Shown here: positions 1-9,603 of the stretch, in pieces
How the letters are laid out: the number at the start of each line of letters is the position of its first letter
Numbering within the stretch: position 1 is the stretch's first letter
The notes under the pieces: model-generated
Seen by the model: the letters and a program-made list of their open reading frames with translations, nothing else
The model's database searches: none
What the model was told of the DNA's origin: nothing
Source of the DNA: Acidobacteriota bacterium
GTDB taxonomy: Bacteria > Acidobacteriota > UBA6911 > RPQK01 > JAJDTT01
Assembly (NCBI GenBank): GCA_965217775.1
Contig: CBDCJH010000002.1
Coordinates: 1,568,001 to 1,632,000 of the forward strand
Direction: 5' to 3'
Length of the DNA: 64,000 bases
Made by a program: the position numbers and the translations under genes

Positions 1-206
1 TCTCTGGATTCGGTTCGGCTCCATACCCTCCACCAGAGCAGCAGCCCACCTCTCAAACCGGAATTTATCGATGCTGGCAAGCTCCTGAGCGTGTGTGATG
101 GTATGGGGAAGGCCAATGTCTTGGGTGTGTTCCCAACGGATTCATCCGGGACATCCTCCCGCATGACTTCAAGGTGGTCTCCAAAGCTCAGTCGATTTTC
201 GTTCAA
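1..206 (-). pseudogene. Internally deleted DNA methyltransferase/endonuclease-fusion passenger gene of the IS1595 element (runs off window)
   Basis: TTG at 206 overlaps the transposase stop (TTGA). 206-135 reads LNENRLSFGDHLEVMREDVPDESV, like N4/N6-MTase N-termini but with no DPPF following. In another frame 90-1 reads AQELASIDKFRFERWAAALVEGMEPNRIQR, like the C-terminal nuclease-type domain of such fusions. Confidence 0.55.
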
Positions 207-1153
207 CCCACCAAATCCTTGTAACGCAGCCGCTTTCCCACCATCCGGTCAGCGACCAGGGCCATTTGATCCAACGTGTCCATGCGCCTTAGGTTGTGAC
301 GTGCGGCAAACTCTCCAACGTATCGGTCGGTGTGCTGTTCCGAGAAGTGGTGAAAGGTTCCGTGGTAACTCCGCTTCAACATCGACCAGAACGATTCGGC
401 TCCGTTGGTGTGGCAGTTGCCTTTGACGTACTCCTGAAGAGAATGCTTGACCGTCTCGTGATTGACAAGCCGGCCGTAAGAGGTTGAATCGTCGGTGTAG
501 ATCTTGGCATCTTCTCCCACGTGCTCCAAGACGAAACGGGAGAGGGTTTCAGACTTGGTGTCAGGGACGACTCGGGCCGACACTTGGTTGGAGGGGCGAT
601 CTTTGACGGCAGCCACGGCCGTCTTTCCAACGGCTCCACGTCCCTCCAGTTTGGCGCGTTTGGCCTTTGGCATATTCTTCCGCTTTCCGCCGAGATACGC
701 CTCGTCAGCCTCGACCGGGCCGGAGAACAGGGCCATTCCAGTCAGGTTCAGACCTTTCCGTATCCGGTGAGCAAGGTGCCAAGCCGTCTTCTGTGTTACG
801 TCCAGGTCACGATGCAGCTTCATGGAGGAAACGCTCTTGAGGCTGGTAGTAAGGAGGTAGGTCGCAAGCAACCAAGTCTGATAGCCGAGTTTGGAGGACT
901 GCATAACCGTCCCGACCCGGACGCTGAACCGCTTGCCGCAATCGCGGCAACGATACGGCATGGAAGGATGCTTGGCTCCGGTCTGGACGTTGGTGGAGCC
1001 GCAATGGACGCAACAGACTTCCTCCGGCCACCGCCGCTTTATGAACCATTCCTCAGCGGCTTTATCGTCGGGAAATCTCTTGAAGAATCCGCGCAGTGAA
1101 AGTCCCTCTCGGAACGCCTTGCCGGGTGCCTTGTTCCGTGTCTCGTAACTCAT
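203..1153 (-). CDS. IS1595-family DDE transposase
   Basis: Zn ribbon CVHC...CRDC, HTH SSMKLHRDLDVTQKTAW, catalytic VEADEAYLGG / IYTDD / HTNGAESFWSMLKR; ATG at 1153 preceded by AGGAGG. Confidence 0.95.
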   Translation of the reverse strand: MSYETRNKAPGKAFREGLSLRGFFKRFPDDKAAEEWFIKRRWPEEVCCVHCGSTNVQTGAKHPSMPYRCRDCGKRFSVRVGTVMQSSKLGYQTWLLATYLLTTSLKSVSSMKLHRDLDVTQKTAWHLAHRIRKGLNLTGMALFSGPVEADEAYLGGKRKNMPKAKRAKLEGRGAVGKTAVAAVKDRPSNQVSARVVPDTKSETLSRFVLEHVGEDAKIYTDDSTSYGRLVNHETVKHSLQEYVKGNCHTNGAESFWSMLKRSYHGTFHHFSEQHTDRYVGEFAARHNLRRMDTLDQMALVADRMVGKRLRYKDLVG

Positions 1154-1282
1154 TGTATCCTCCTGACTTACAAGACATATTATATAGGAAAGTACCGGGA
1201 TTGTCAACCCCTACGGGCAACCTTTTCGGCACTTTCGTATATAATCCCCATAATCTGAATGACAACATTTTATTCAAGAAGT

Positions 1283-1391
1283 TGAAAATCATTATCATAT
1301 AGCCCTTCTCCGAATCTGATAATCATTGTTAATGAAATTGAATCTCATTATCTTTGAAAATGATATTCAATATCGTTGATATTGATGTCCC
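1283..1391. promoter_or_regulatory. Array of Fur-box-like sites upstream of ferritin
   Basis: 7-1-7 motifs TGAAAATcATTATCA (1283), TGATAATcATTGTTA (1317), TGAAATTgAATCTCA (1333), TGAAAATgATATTCA (1355), TGATATTcAATATCG (1361) in an AT-rich tract. Confidence 0.75.
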
Positions 1392-1427
1392 ATTTCATTT
1401 AAGTCCTTTCATATCTTCAGTTTATAT

Positions 1428-1457
1428 TTGACAGTCCGTTAGATTTATATGTATATT
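1428..1457 (+). promoter_or_regulatory. sigma70-like promoter of ferritin
   Basis: TTGACA-N18-TATATT. Confidence 0.55.
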
Positions 1458-1523
1458 TCTGCCCGGAAAGTCTGCTGACCGCGCCTTGGACAAGCGCCTG
1501 ATTTGACCAACGAGGAGGACGAT

Positions 1524-2009
1524 ATGAACGGAAAAATCAATCAAGCCTTGAACCATCAGATTCACATGGAGCTGGAATCCTCCTACCTCTACCTGGCCCT
1601 GTCGGCCTATTACGACTCGAACGACCTGCCCGGATTCGCGCACTGGATGAGAGAGCAGAGCCGGGAAGAGTATGGGCACGCCATGAGGCTGTTCGACTAC
1701 CTCCTGACCCGGGGAGCGAAGGTCGATCTGGACGCCCTCGGAAAACCTGCCGACGGTTTCACGTCCCCCGTGAAGGCGTTCGATCGAGTGGTCGAGCACG
1801 AAAGACGCGTCACCGAGGCCATCCACAAGCTTTACCTGCTCGCCCTCGGAGAGGGCGATCTGGCCACGGGGGTGGAGCTCCAGTGGTTCATTCGGGAGCA
1901 GGTCGAAGAGGAGCACTCGGCCTCGGAGGTCGCAGCTCAACTGCGATGGGGTAACGGTGAACCCATGGGCTTGTTGATGGTGGACCGCCAACTGGCCAAA
2001 CGGGAATAA
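1524..2009 (+). CDS. ftnA: Non-heme ferritin
   Basis: LNHQIHMELESSYLYL, EEYGHAMRLFDYL, LQWFIREQVEEE ferroxidase motifs; GAGGAGG RBS before ATG 1524. Confidence 0.93.
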   Translation: MNGKINQALNHQIHMELESSYLYLALSAYYDSNDLPGFAHWMREQSREEYGHAMRLFDYLLTRGAKVDLDALGKPADGFTSPVKAFDRVVEHERRVTEAIHKLYLLALGEGDLATGVELQWFIREQVEEEHSASEVAAQLRWGNGEPMGLLMVDRQLAKRE

Positions 2010-2072
2010 ACCGGGCCGGATTCCTCCGAATATCCGCCGCCGGCCCGCAGGTAGTGAGGCCGGCGGCGATTC

Positions 2073-2102
2073 TTGACAGTTTCAGCGTCCGCTTGGTAGC
2101 TT
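2073..2102 (+). promoter_or_regulatory. sigma70-like promoter, near-leaderless transcript for the acyl-CoA synthetase
   Basis: TTGACA-N18-TAGCTT ending 10 nt before ATG 2113, which has no SD. Confidence 0.45.
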
Positions 2103-2112
2103 CGGGCGCCTC

Positions 2113-3747
2113 ATGAGCACCTACCAGATCGGCGATTATCGGCAGACTTACGCCAATTTCCGCCTCACCCGCCCCGAACGCTACAACTGGGCCTTCGACG
2201 TGTTCGACCGCTGGGCCAGCGATCCTGCCAAGCTGGCGATGCGTTGGGTCAGCGATGCCGGAAACGTGCGGAAGGTGACGTTCCGGGAATTCTCCCGGTC
2301 CTCGACCCGGTTCGCCAACGCACTGGCCGGCCTGGGCGTGGAACCGGGAGAGCGAGTCTTCGTCATGCTCCCCCGGGTCGTCGAATGGTGGGAGGTCCTG
2401 CTGGGCGGAATCCGGGCCCGCGTCGTCACCGTGCCGGGCACCACCTTGCTGAGGCACAAGGACATCGTCTACCGGATCAACGCCTCGGGTGCTTCGGTGG
2501 CCGTGACCGATGCCGCCAACGCAGACAGGATCGAGGCTGTGCGCCCGGAATGCCCGGGGTTGCGGCAGGTGATCGTCGTGGGCGGGAGCCCCGGCTGCAT
2601 CGGCTATGAGGACCTGCTGGCGAAGAGCTCCGCCAGCATGGATCATCCCCGGAACCTCTCCACCGATCCCCTCATGATCTACTTCACGTCGGGAACCACC
2701 GGACCGCCCAAGATGGTCGTGAACGACCATGCCAGCTATCCGAAGGCTCACGTCATCACCGGAAAGTTCTGGCTGGACAACCGGCCCACCGACCTCCACT
2801 GGACGCTGTCGGACACGGGATGGGCCCAAGCCGCCTGGACCTGCCTGTTCGCGCCTTGGAACATGGGGGCGGCGATCTTCATCTGGGACCACCGGGGCCG
2901 CTTCGATGCGGAGCGGACCCTCCGGATGCTCCACGAGCACCCCATAACGACCTTCTTCGCTCCTCCCACCGCCTACCGGATGCTGGTTCAGCAGGATCTG
3001 ACGCGGTGGCCGGCCCGGGCCCTGCGCCACTGTCTGGGCGCCGGCGAAGCGGTCAACCCCGAGGTGATCGCCACCTGGAAGGGGGCGATGGGTCATCACA
3101 TCTGGGAGGGCTACGGTCAGACCGAGACCGTTCTCTGCGTGGCCACGTTTCCCGGCATGGAATATCGGCCCGGGTCCATGGGAGTCGCCTCGCCCGGGTT
3201 CCGAATGGGCGTGGTGGACGACTCGGGGAATGAAGTCGCTGCCGGAGAGGAGGGAGAGATCGCCATCCGGGTGCGCCCCGACCGGCCGCTGGGACTATTC
3301 TGCGGGTACTACCGGAACCCGGAGGCGACCGCGAGCTGTTTCGTAGGCGACTGGTACACCACCGGAGACCGCGCCACCCGGGACGAGGACGGCTACTTCT
3401 ACTTCGTCAGCCGCGCCGACGACGTCATCAACACCTCCGCCTATCGGGTCGGGCCCTTCGAGGTGGAGTCGGCGTTGCTGGAGCATCCGGCGGCGGCGGA
3501 GGTGGCCGTGGTGGGGAGTCCCGACCCGTTGCGGGGAGAGATCATCAAGGCATTCGTCGTACTCAGTCAGTCCGCCCGGCCCTCGGAGGACCTGATCCGG
3601 GAACTTCAGGCTCACGTGCGCAGCGTCACCGCTCCCTACAAGTATCCTCGCGAGGTGGAGTTCATCGAAGAACTGCCCAAGACCATCAGCGGAAAGATTC
3701 GCCGCAACGAGCTCCGGAGGTGGGAGCGGGAGAAGAAAGGCCGCTGA
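2113..3747 (+). CDS. Acyl-CoA synthetase (medium-chain, ACSM-like)
   Basis: YFTSGTTGPPK, EGYGQTET, GD...RADD, PKTISGKI motifs. Confidence 0.92.
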   Translation: MSTYQIGDYRQTYANFRLTRPERYNWAFDVFDRWASDPAKLAMRWVSDAGNVRKVTFREFSRSSTRFANALAGLGVEPGERVFVMLPRVVEWWEVLLGGIRARVVTVPGTTLLRHKDIVYRINASGASVAVTDAANADRIEAVRPECPGLRQVIVVGGSPGCIGYEDLLAKSSASMDHPRNLSTDPLMIYFTSGTTGPPKMVVNDHASYPKAHVITGKFWLDNRPTDLHWTLSDTGWAQAAWTCLFAPWNMGAAIFIWDHRGRFDAERTLRMLHEHPITTFFAPPTAYRMLVQQDLTRWPARALRHCLGAGEAVNPEVIATWKGAMGHHIWEGYGQTETVLCVATFPGMEYRPGSMGVASPGFRMGVVDDSGNEVAAGEEGEIAIRVRPDRPLGLFCGYYRNPEATASCFVGDWYTTGDRATRDEDGYFYFVSRADDVINTSAYRVGPFEVESALLEHPAAAEVAVVGSPDPLRGEIIKAFVVLSQSARPSEDLIRELQAHVRSVTAPYKYPREVEFIEELPKTISGKIRRNELRRWEREKKGR

Positions 3748-3778
3748 CTCTCGCCTCACCCCCGAAAGCCAACCGTTC

Positions 3779-4918
3779 ATGCCCTTTTCCGAAGACCACG
3801 AGCTCTTTCGCGAGTCTCTGAGACGGTTCGTGCAGGAGCAGATCCTGCCTCACGTGGAGGAGTGGGAAGAGCAGGAGGAGACTCCCCGTTCGCTGTTCGA
3901 ACACATGGGGGAACTGGGTTTCCTCGGCGCCGAGTACCCGCCTGAATACGGCGGCGGCGGCGCCGACTTCTGGATGTCGGTGGTCCTGGCCGAAGAGCTG
4001 GCGCGCTGCCGCTCCGGCGGCGTGGCCTTCGGTGTCATCGTCCACACGGACATGTCCTCTCCCTGGTTGGTCCACTTCGGAACCGAGGCCCAGAAGCGTC
4101 GTTATCTGCCCGATATCATTCTGGGCCGCAAGATCTGCGCCCTGGCCATCACCGAGCCGGACACCGGATCGGACATGGCGGCCCTCTCGACCCGGGCGGT
4201 CCGCGACGGCAACGACTGGGTCCTGACGGGAGCCAAGACCTTCATCACCAACGGCGTGAACGGAGACCTCTACTTCGTGGCCGCCCGGACCCGGGAGGAC
4301 GGCCCCCGCCGCGAGCGCCTCTCCCAGTTCCTGGTGGAACGGGACAGCCCCGGCTTCAGCGTGGGCCGGAAGCTCAAGAAGACCGGGATGCTGGCTTCCG
4401 ACACGGCCGAGCTGGTGTTCGACGAGGTGCGGGTGCCCGGCGAGAACCTCCTGGGGGTGGAGGGGCAGGGGTTCGCGCAACTGGTTTCGGGACTGCAACG
4501 GGAACGGCTCACGGCGGCGGTGTTGTGTGTTTCCGCCGCCCAGCAGGCTCTGGAGGACTGCGCCGAGTACCTGAACCAGCGCCATGCCTTCGGTCGGCCC
4601 CTCTCCCGGTTTCAGGCGCTGGCCCACCGGCTTGCCGACATGGCCACCGAGGCGGAAGCGGCCAAGCAACTCACCTATCATGCCGCCTCCCTCTTCGCGT
4701 CGGGGCAGGAGTGCACCCGGGTGGTGTCGATGGCGAAGCTCTACGCCACCGAGATGGCCAATCGCGTCGCCTACCACGCCGTGCAGATGCACGGTGGGTA
4801 CGGCTACATGCGGGAGTACGCCGTGGAGCGCTTCGCCCGGGACTATCGGCTCTGGCCCATCGCGTCGGGCACGTCCGAGATCATGCGGGAGATCATTTCC
4901 CGGGACTTGTTGCGGTAG
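3779..4918 (+). CDS. Acyl-CoA dehydrogenase
   Basis: ALAITEPDTGSD, GAKTFITNG, QMHGGYGY, GTSEIM. Confidence 0.93.
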   Translation: MPFSEDHELFRESLRRFVQEQILPHVEEWEEQEETPRSLFEHMGELGFLGAEYPPEYGGGGADFWMSVVLAEELARCRSGGVAFGVIVHTDMSSPWLVHFGTEAQKRRYLPDIILGRKICALAITEPDTGSDMAALSTRAVRDGNDWVLTGAKTFITNGVNGDLYFVAARTREDGPRRERLSQFLVERDSPGFSVGRKLKKTGMLASDTAELVFDEVRVPGENLLGVEGQGFAQLVSGLQRERLTAAVLCVSAAQQALEDCAEYLNQRHAFGRPLSRFQALAHRLADMATEAEAAKQLTYHAASLFASGQECTRVVSMAKLYATEMANRVAYHAVQMHGGYGYMREYAVERFARDYRLWPIASGTSEIMREIISRDLLR

Positions 4919-4919
4919 G

Positions 4920-5027
4920 GGAGCGGCGACTGGAGCGGCGACTTTCTTGTCGCCGACAGGGGAGTCTTGGGAAGAGGGGGCGACTAGAAATCGCCCCTCC
5001 GGGCGGGCGATTGGAAATCGCCCCTCC
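4920..5027. repeat. REP/REPIN-like palindromic element (GGAG family), between convergent genes
   Basis: GGAGCGGCGACTTTCTTGTCGCCGA opposed by two GGCGA(C/T)T(A/G)GAAATCGCCCCTCC units; related copies at 13240 and 17616. Confidence 0.75.
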
Positions 5028-5031
5028 AATC

Positions 5032-5796
5032 CTACTTCCGCCGCCGGCTCACGAAGTCCTGGACGTTCCTCCGGCTCTCCCGGCTCTCGAAGCACGCCAG
5101 GAAATCGGCCGAGGCCACGCCTTCCCAGTGGTCGCTCCTGAGTTCCGACATCCGGTGCAGGAGAGCCTTCGTGCGGGCCAGACCCTCCGGCGGAAATGAG
5201 GCGAGCCGCCGGGCCAGCGCTTCGCCCCGGCTCAGGAGCTCTGAATCCGGCACGACTTCGTTGACCAGTCCCATCTGGAGCGCGCGAGTGGCGTCGATTT
5301 TCTCGCAGGTCAGCAGCAGCCAGCGGGCAGCGGCTCCGCCGAGCAGATCAACGGTCCTCCCCAACGACCAGGGAGGCGTCCAGCCCAATTCCACCTCGGG
5401 AAGACCGAAGACAGCGGACCCGGATGCGATCCGGAAGTCGTGGTAGAGGGTGACCTGAAGGCCGCCGCCCAGGGCATAGCCGTGGACCAGCGCCAGAGTC
5501 GGCTGGGGCAGGGAATCGAGCAGACCGAAAGCCTCCCCATAACCCCTCTCCAGGGAGGTGGCCTCGGCGGCTGAGAGTGGCGCCAGCTCGCGCAGATCGC
5601 TGCCGGAACAGAAGGCGCGTCCCGCTCCCCGGGTCACCACCACCCGGACCGAGTCGTCGTCGCGAATCCGGTTCAGGAACTGCACGTAACGCCGGACCAT
5701 CTCCTGGTCCAGTGCATTGAGTACTTGGGGCCGGTTGAGAGTGAGCCAGGCCACTCCGTCCCGGATGGAGAGTTGGACCGAATCAGTCTCCGGCAC
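5032..5796 (-). CDS. Enoyl-CoA hydratase/isomerase
   Basis: LNRPQVLNAL, AFCSGSDL, ALGGG, FGLPEVELG; GTG start at 5796 overlaps the upstream gene end. Confidence 0.9.
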   Translation of the reverse strand: MPETDSVQLSIRDGVAWLTLNRPQVLNALDQEMVRRYVQFLNRIRDDDSVRVVVTRGAGRAFCSGSDLRELAPLSAAEATSLERGYGEAFGLLDSLPQPTLALVHGYALGGGLQVTLYHDFRIASGSAVFGLPEVELGWTPPWSLGRTVDLLGGAAARWLLLTCEKIDATRALQMGLVNEVVPDSELLSRGEALARRLASFPPEGLARTKALLHRMSELRSDHWEGVASADFLACFESRESRRNVQDFVSRRRK

Positions 5797-6190
5797 CTGA
5801 CTTCTCGCCGGCTCGGGCCAGAAACCGCGCCATGGATCCGAGGATGTAGCGCTCGTGGGTGCCGCGGGCAATCAGGTCCCGTTCGTCATGCGCCTGGAAC
5901 TGGAATCCGAGCCGCTTGCCCTCCAGTTCCACCAGCTCGACCCGGATCGTCACCTTCATGCCCACCGGCGTCGGAGCCAGATGCTGCATGTTCACCCGGG
6001 TTCCCACCGTGCCCTGACCCTCGGCCAGGGTCGGCGCGGCGCAGCGGATGGCGCACGCTTCGATGAGGGCCACCAGTGCCGGCGTGGCCAGCACCTGGAC
6101 GCCGGGGTTTCCGAAACGGTCTGCGGTCAGATCGTCGCTGACCTTGTGCTCCGTCGTCAGGGTACGGCCCACTTTGAGAACGTCGGTCAT
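5783..6190 (-). CDS. FlK-like hotdog thioesterase
   Basis: VLATPALVALIE...VGTRVNMQHLAPTPVG...GTHER. Confidence 0.88.
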   Translation of the reverse strand: MTDVLKVGRTLTTEHKVSDDLTADRFGNPGVQVLATPALVALIEACAIRCAAPTLAEGQGTVGTRVNMQHLAPTPVGMKVTIRVELVELEGKRLGFQFQAHDERDLIARGTHERYILGSMARFLARAGEKSGAGD

Positions 6191-6221
6191 TTCCACCTTC
6201 TTTCTCGTACCGCTTCGAAAG

Positions 6222-7265
6222 TCAGTCCGGGGACCCGGTCAACTCCTGACGGACGATTCGGGTTCCGGCCACCATGTTGCGCAGCTTATTGACCGTGATC
6301 CATCGGGGAAGCTGGAAGAAACCGCAGTCGGGTACGATCCAGAGCTTCTCGGGCGGAATATATTGCAGCGCGGCGCGAATTCGGTCCGCCACGTCTGCGG
6401 GCTTCTCCCGGTAAAAGGACTTGATGTCGATGACCCCGACGCCGATGTCCCGTTCCTGGGACAGCTCCCGGCACAGCTCCAATTCGTGCATCTCCCGGTT
6501 CGCGAACTCCAGGACGAACTCGTCGCACTTGGCCTCCAGCAGGTAGGAAATCATGGGTCCGTACTCCCGCTTGCCGCGGGGGCGCGACCCCAGGTTTCCG
6601 AAGCAGACATGAAAGGCGATCCTGGCATCGACCCCTTCCACGCACCGGTTGTACAGGTCCAGGTACTCCTTCAGTTCCCCGGGGATGATGGCGAAGGAGG
6701 GCTCGTCCAACTGAATGTAGTCGGCGCCCGCCTTGACGAGATCCTTGAGTTCCTGGTTCACGACCTCGGCGAATTCCCAGAACAGCTCCATGCGGTCCCG
6801 GTAGAACTCCCGCACCGACGAGTCCCTGAGGTGAATGGTGACGGTCAAGGGACCCGGACAGGTGGCCTTGACCGGTTTGTCGGTCTGGGTCTTCAAGTAC
6901 TTGAACTCCTCGACCACACCGAGTCCCCGCGGGACGGTCACCTTTTCCCGGAGACGGTATCGGGGCACCGAATCGTAGGCGTACAAACCTACCTTGCGAA
7001 GCGGCTCTTCCGGTTCGATGCCTTCCATCTTCTCGTAGAAGCTCTGGACGAAGTGCCAGCGCCGCATCTCCCCGTCGGAGATGACGTCCACGCCGGTCCG
7101 TTCCATGTCCCGGATGGCGATGCTCACGGCGTCATCGTAGAGTTCCCGTTTGTCGGTCTTGCCGTATTTTCCCGCCTCGATGGCCTCCAACGCGGTATAG
7201 AACCAGCTCGGAATGGCATGGCTGCCGATGACCGACGTGGGAAGCAGCGGAAGATTTTCCTTCAT
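6222..7265 (-). CDS. Cobalamin-independent methionine synthase II family (single catalytic barrel)
   Basis: ISDGEMRR, IQLDEP, Zn ligands HVCFGN / E / PDCG; lacks the MetE N-terminal barrel. Confidence 0.85.
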   Translation of the reverse strand: MKENLPLLPTSVIGSHAIPSWFYTALEAIEAGKYGKTDKRELYDDAVSIAIRDMERTGVDVISDGEMRRWHFVQSFYEKMEGIEPEEPLRKVGLYAYDSVPRYRLREKVTVPRGLGVVEEFKYLKTQTDKPVKATCPGPLTVTIHLRDSSVREFYRDRMELFWEFAEVVNQELKDLVKAGADYIQLDEPSFAIIPGELKEYLDLYNRCVEGVDARIAFHVCFGNLGSRPRGKREYGPMISYLLEAKCDEFVLEFANREMHELELCRELSQERDIGVGVIDIKSFYREKPADVADRIRAALQYIPPEKLWIVPDCGFFQLPRWITVNKLRNMVAGTRIVRQELTGSPD

Positions 7266-7353
7266 ATTTCCTTTATCTCCTCAGAGAAGCGCCAAATCGT
7301 AACACAGGCTCTTCGGGCACCCAAACCTCCGCCCCGGCCTCTTCTCTCACTCC

Positions 7354-8586
7354 TCACTTCCCCGCGTATTCTTCCGGGTGGGCGAACAGGTCCCGCAGTT
7401 CTTTCAGGAAGAGGCCGGCCGGGTATCCGTCGACGGCCCGATGATCGAAGACCAGACAGAGGTAGGCCGTGGGAACGACCTCCAACTGCCCGTCGACGGC
7501 CAACGGCCTGGGCTGGATCCGGCCGATTCCCAGAATCGCCACCTGGGGAGGATTGATGATGGGGGTGAACAGGTCGACGTGGGCACCGCCCAGGTTGGTG
7601 ATGGTGAAGGTTCCATCGCTCACGTCGGCCAGATCCAGAGTTCCGTTCCGAGCCTTCCCGGCCAAGGACCGGCTTTCCTGGGCCAGTTGCTCCAGGTTCT
7701 TTTGGCCGGCATCTTTCAGAACCGGCACCACCAATCCCTGGTCCAGATGGACGGCCAGGCCGATGTTGATCCCATCGTGGACTCGAACCTGGTTGTCCAC
7801 CAGCGTGGCATTGAGGAGGGTATGCCGCTCCAACGCCACGGCCACCGCCTTCGTCACCAGGTCGTTGAGGGAGATCCGCATTCCGTAGCTGGACTCCCAG
7901 CGGGAGAGATTAGTCTCACGGAAATCCACCGTCCGGCTCATGTCCACGTGCATCACTTCCGTCACCCGGGGGATCTCCCGCCAACTCTGAGAGAGACGTT
8001 GAGCCACGCGCCCTCGGGTACCGGTCAGGGGAATCGTCCGGGTCACTCCGAGAGTGGACTCGGGTACTTGAGCGGGCTGGCGAGGGGAAGCGGCTGCGGC
8101 AGCCGCACGCAGAATATCGTCCTTGGTGATCCGTCCGCCGGGGCCGGAACCGGCCACGGTGGCGGGATCCACGCCGTGCCGGGCGGCCAGCCTCCGGGCG
8201 ACCGGAGAGATTCGCAATCGGCCGGACTTGGCGGGCCGTTTGCGCCGCGGTGAGGGACGGGTCGCGGCTCTTGGTGCCTTCTTCCGAGTAGCCGGGGCTC
8301 CCTCCGGAGCCAACAGGCGAGCCGTCTCCGCCGGATCGGGGCTCTCACCGGGAACCAACAGGATCGCAAGAATGGCGCCGATGGGCCGCTCCTGACCGGC
8401 GGGAACGACGATCTTGTGGAGCGTTCCGTCCATGGGCGCCTCCACTTCGGTGGTCACCTTGTCGGTCTCCACCATCAAAAGGGGATCTCCCTTGGCGAGA
8501 CGGTCCCCCTCCTGTTTCAGCCACTCCAGAACCGTCCCCGATTCCATGGTGTGGCCCAGGCTGGGCATTCCGAATTTAACCGCCAT
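7354..8586 (-). CDS. Dihydrolipoamide acyltransferase (E2)
   Basis: Lipoyl ETDKV, E3-binding GSGPGGRITKDD, catalytic DHRAVDG. Confidence 0.93.
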   Translation of the reverse strand: MAVKFGMPSLGHTMESGTVLEWLKQEGDRLAKGDPLLMVETDKVTTEVEAPMDGTLHKIVVPAGQERPIGAILAILLVPGESPDPAETARLLAPEGAPATRKKAPRAATRPSPRRKRPAKSGRLRISPVARRLAARHGVDPATVAGSGPGGRITKDDILRAAAAAASPRQPAQVPESTLGVTRTIPLTGTRGRVAQRLSQSWREIPRVTEVMHVDMSRTVDFRETNLSRWESSYGMRISLNDLVTKAVAVALERHTLLNATLVDNQVRVHDGINIGLAVHLDQGLVVPVLKDAGQKNLEQLAQESRSLAGKARNGTLDLADVSDGTFTITNLGGAHVDLFTPIINPPQVAILGIGRIQPRPLAVDGQLEVVPTAYLCLVFDHRAVDGYPAGLFLKELRDLFAHPEEYAGK

Positions 8587-8598
8587 AAGGTTCGTCCT

Positions 8599-9570
8599 TT
8601 ACGCGACCAGGTTTCGCGCCGCGGCGACCAGCTTCTCGACGCTGGGCACCGCCAGCTTCTCCAACACGGGGCTGAAGGGCATGGGCACATTGGCGGCGGC
8701 AACCCGCCGGACGGGAGCGTCCAGGTAATCGAAGCACTCTTCGGCGATCCGGGAGGCCAGTTCCGCGCTCGATCCTCCCCGGCGGACCTCTTCGTCGGTG
8801 ACGATGGCCCGGTTGGTCTTCTCCACCGAGGAGAAAATCGTGTCCGCGTCCAGCGGGACCAGGGTCCGGGGATCGATCACCTCCAATTCGATGTCTTCCG
8901 CACTCAGGATCCGCGCTGCTTCCAGCGCCTTCCCCACCATGGGGCCGGATGCCACCACCGTAATGTCATCCCCTTCGCGCTTGACGTCGGCCTGGCCAAA
9001 GGGAATCAGATATTCCGTGTCCGGAACCTCCCCCTTGACCGAGTAGAGCCGTTTGTACTCGATGAACATGACCGGGTCCCGGCCCCGCAGGGCCGACTTC
9101 ATGAGCCCCTTGGCGTCGCGGGGGGTGGAAGGAACCGCGACCTGCAGGCCGGGCACGTGCATGAACCAGGCTTCCAGGCTCTGAGAATGCTGGGCGGCGA
9201 TCAACCTTGCCGAACCCGAGGGGAGCCGCAATATCACCGGGACGTCGGTCTGGCCTCCGAACATGTAGCGGACCTTGGCCATCTGGTTGACCACTTCATC
9301 CATGGCGCAGGTGATGAAGTCGACATACATGATCTCCGCCACCGGACGCAGTCCGCACATGGCGGCGCCGACGGCGGTGCCGACGATGGCGGCCTCGGAG
9401 ATGGGGGTCTGGCGGATCCGGTCCGGGTACTTCTCGGCGATGCCCCGGGTGACGGCATAGGGTCCTCCGTGGGCGATCACGTCTTCGCCCAGGACGAAAA
9501 TGCTCGAATCCCGGGCCATCTCTTCGTGCAGGGCTTCTCGAATCGCCTGGTTCATGGGTATCGAGGGCAT
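8599..9570 (-). CDS. 2-oxoacid/acetoin dehydrogenase E1 beta
   Basis: GEDV, TPISE, AQHSQSLEAW, IDPRTLVPLD. Confidence 0.93.
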   Translation of the reverse strand: MPSIPMNQAIREALHEEMARDSSIFVLGEDVIAHGGPYAVTRGIAEKYPDRIRQTPISEAAIVGTAVGAAMCGLRPVAEIMYVDFITCAMDEVVNQMAKVRYMFGGQTDVPVILRLPSGSARLIAAQHSQSLEAWFMHVPGLQVAVPSTPRDAKGLMKSALRGRDPVMFIEYKRLYSVKGEVPDTEYLIPFGQADVKREGDDITVVASGPMVGKALEAARILSAEDIELEVIDPRTLVPLDADTIFSSVEKTNRAIVTDEEVRRGGSSAELASRIAEECFDYLDAPVRRVAAANVPMPFSPVLEKLAVPSVEKLVAAARNLVA

Positions 9571-9603
9571 GACGGGCTGGTCCTCCTTCTGGACGGATTT
9601 TTC

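Larger units (their letters stand above)
1..1249 (-). mobile_element. IS1595-family insertion sequence, left end at 1249; right end outside window
   Basis: Terminus GGGGATTATATACGAAAGTGCCG (minus strand 1249-1227) upstream of the transposase; an internal inverted copy at 1179-1197 (17/19). Confidence 0.8.
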
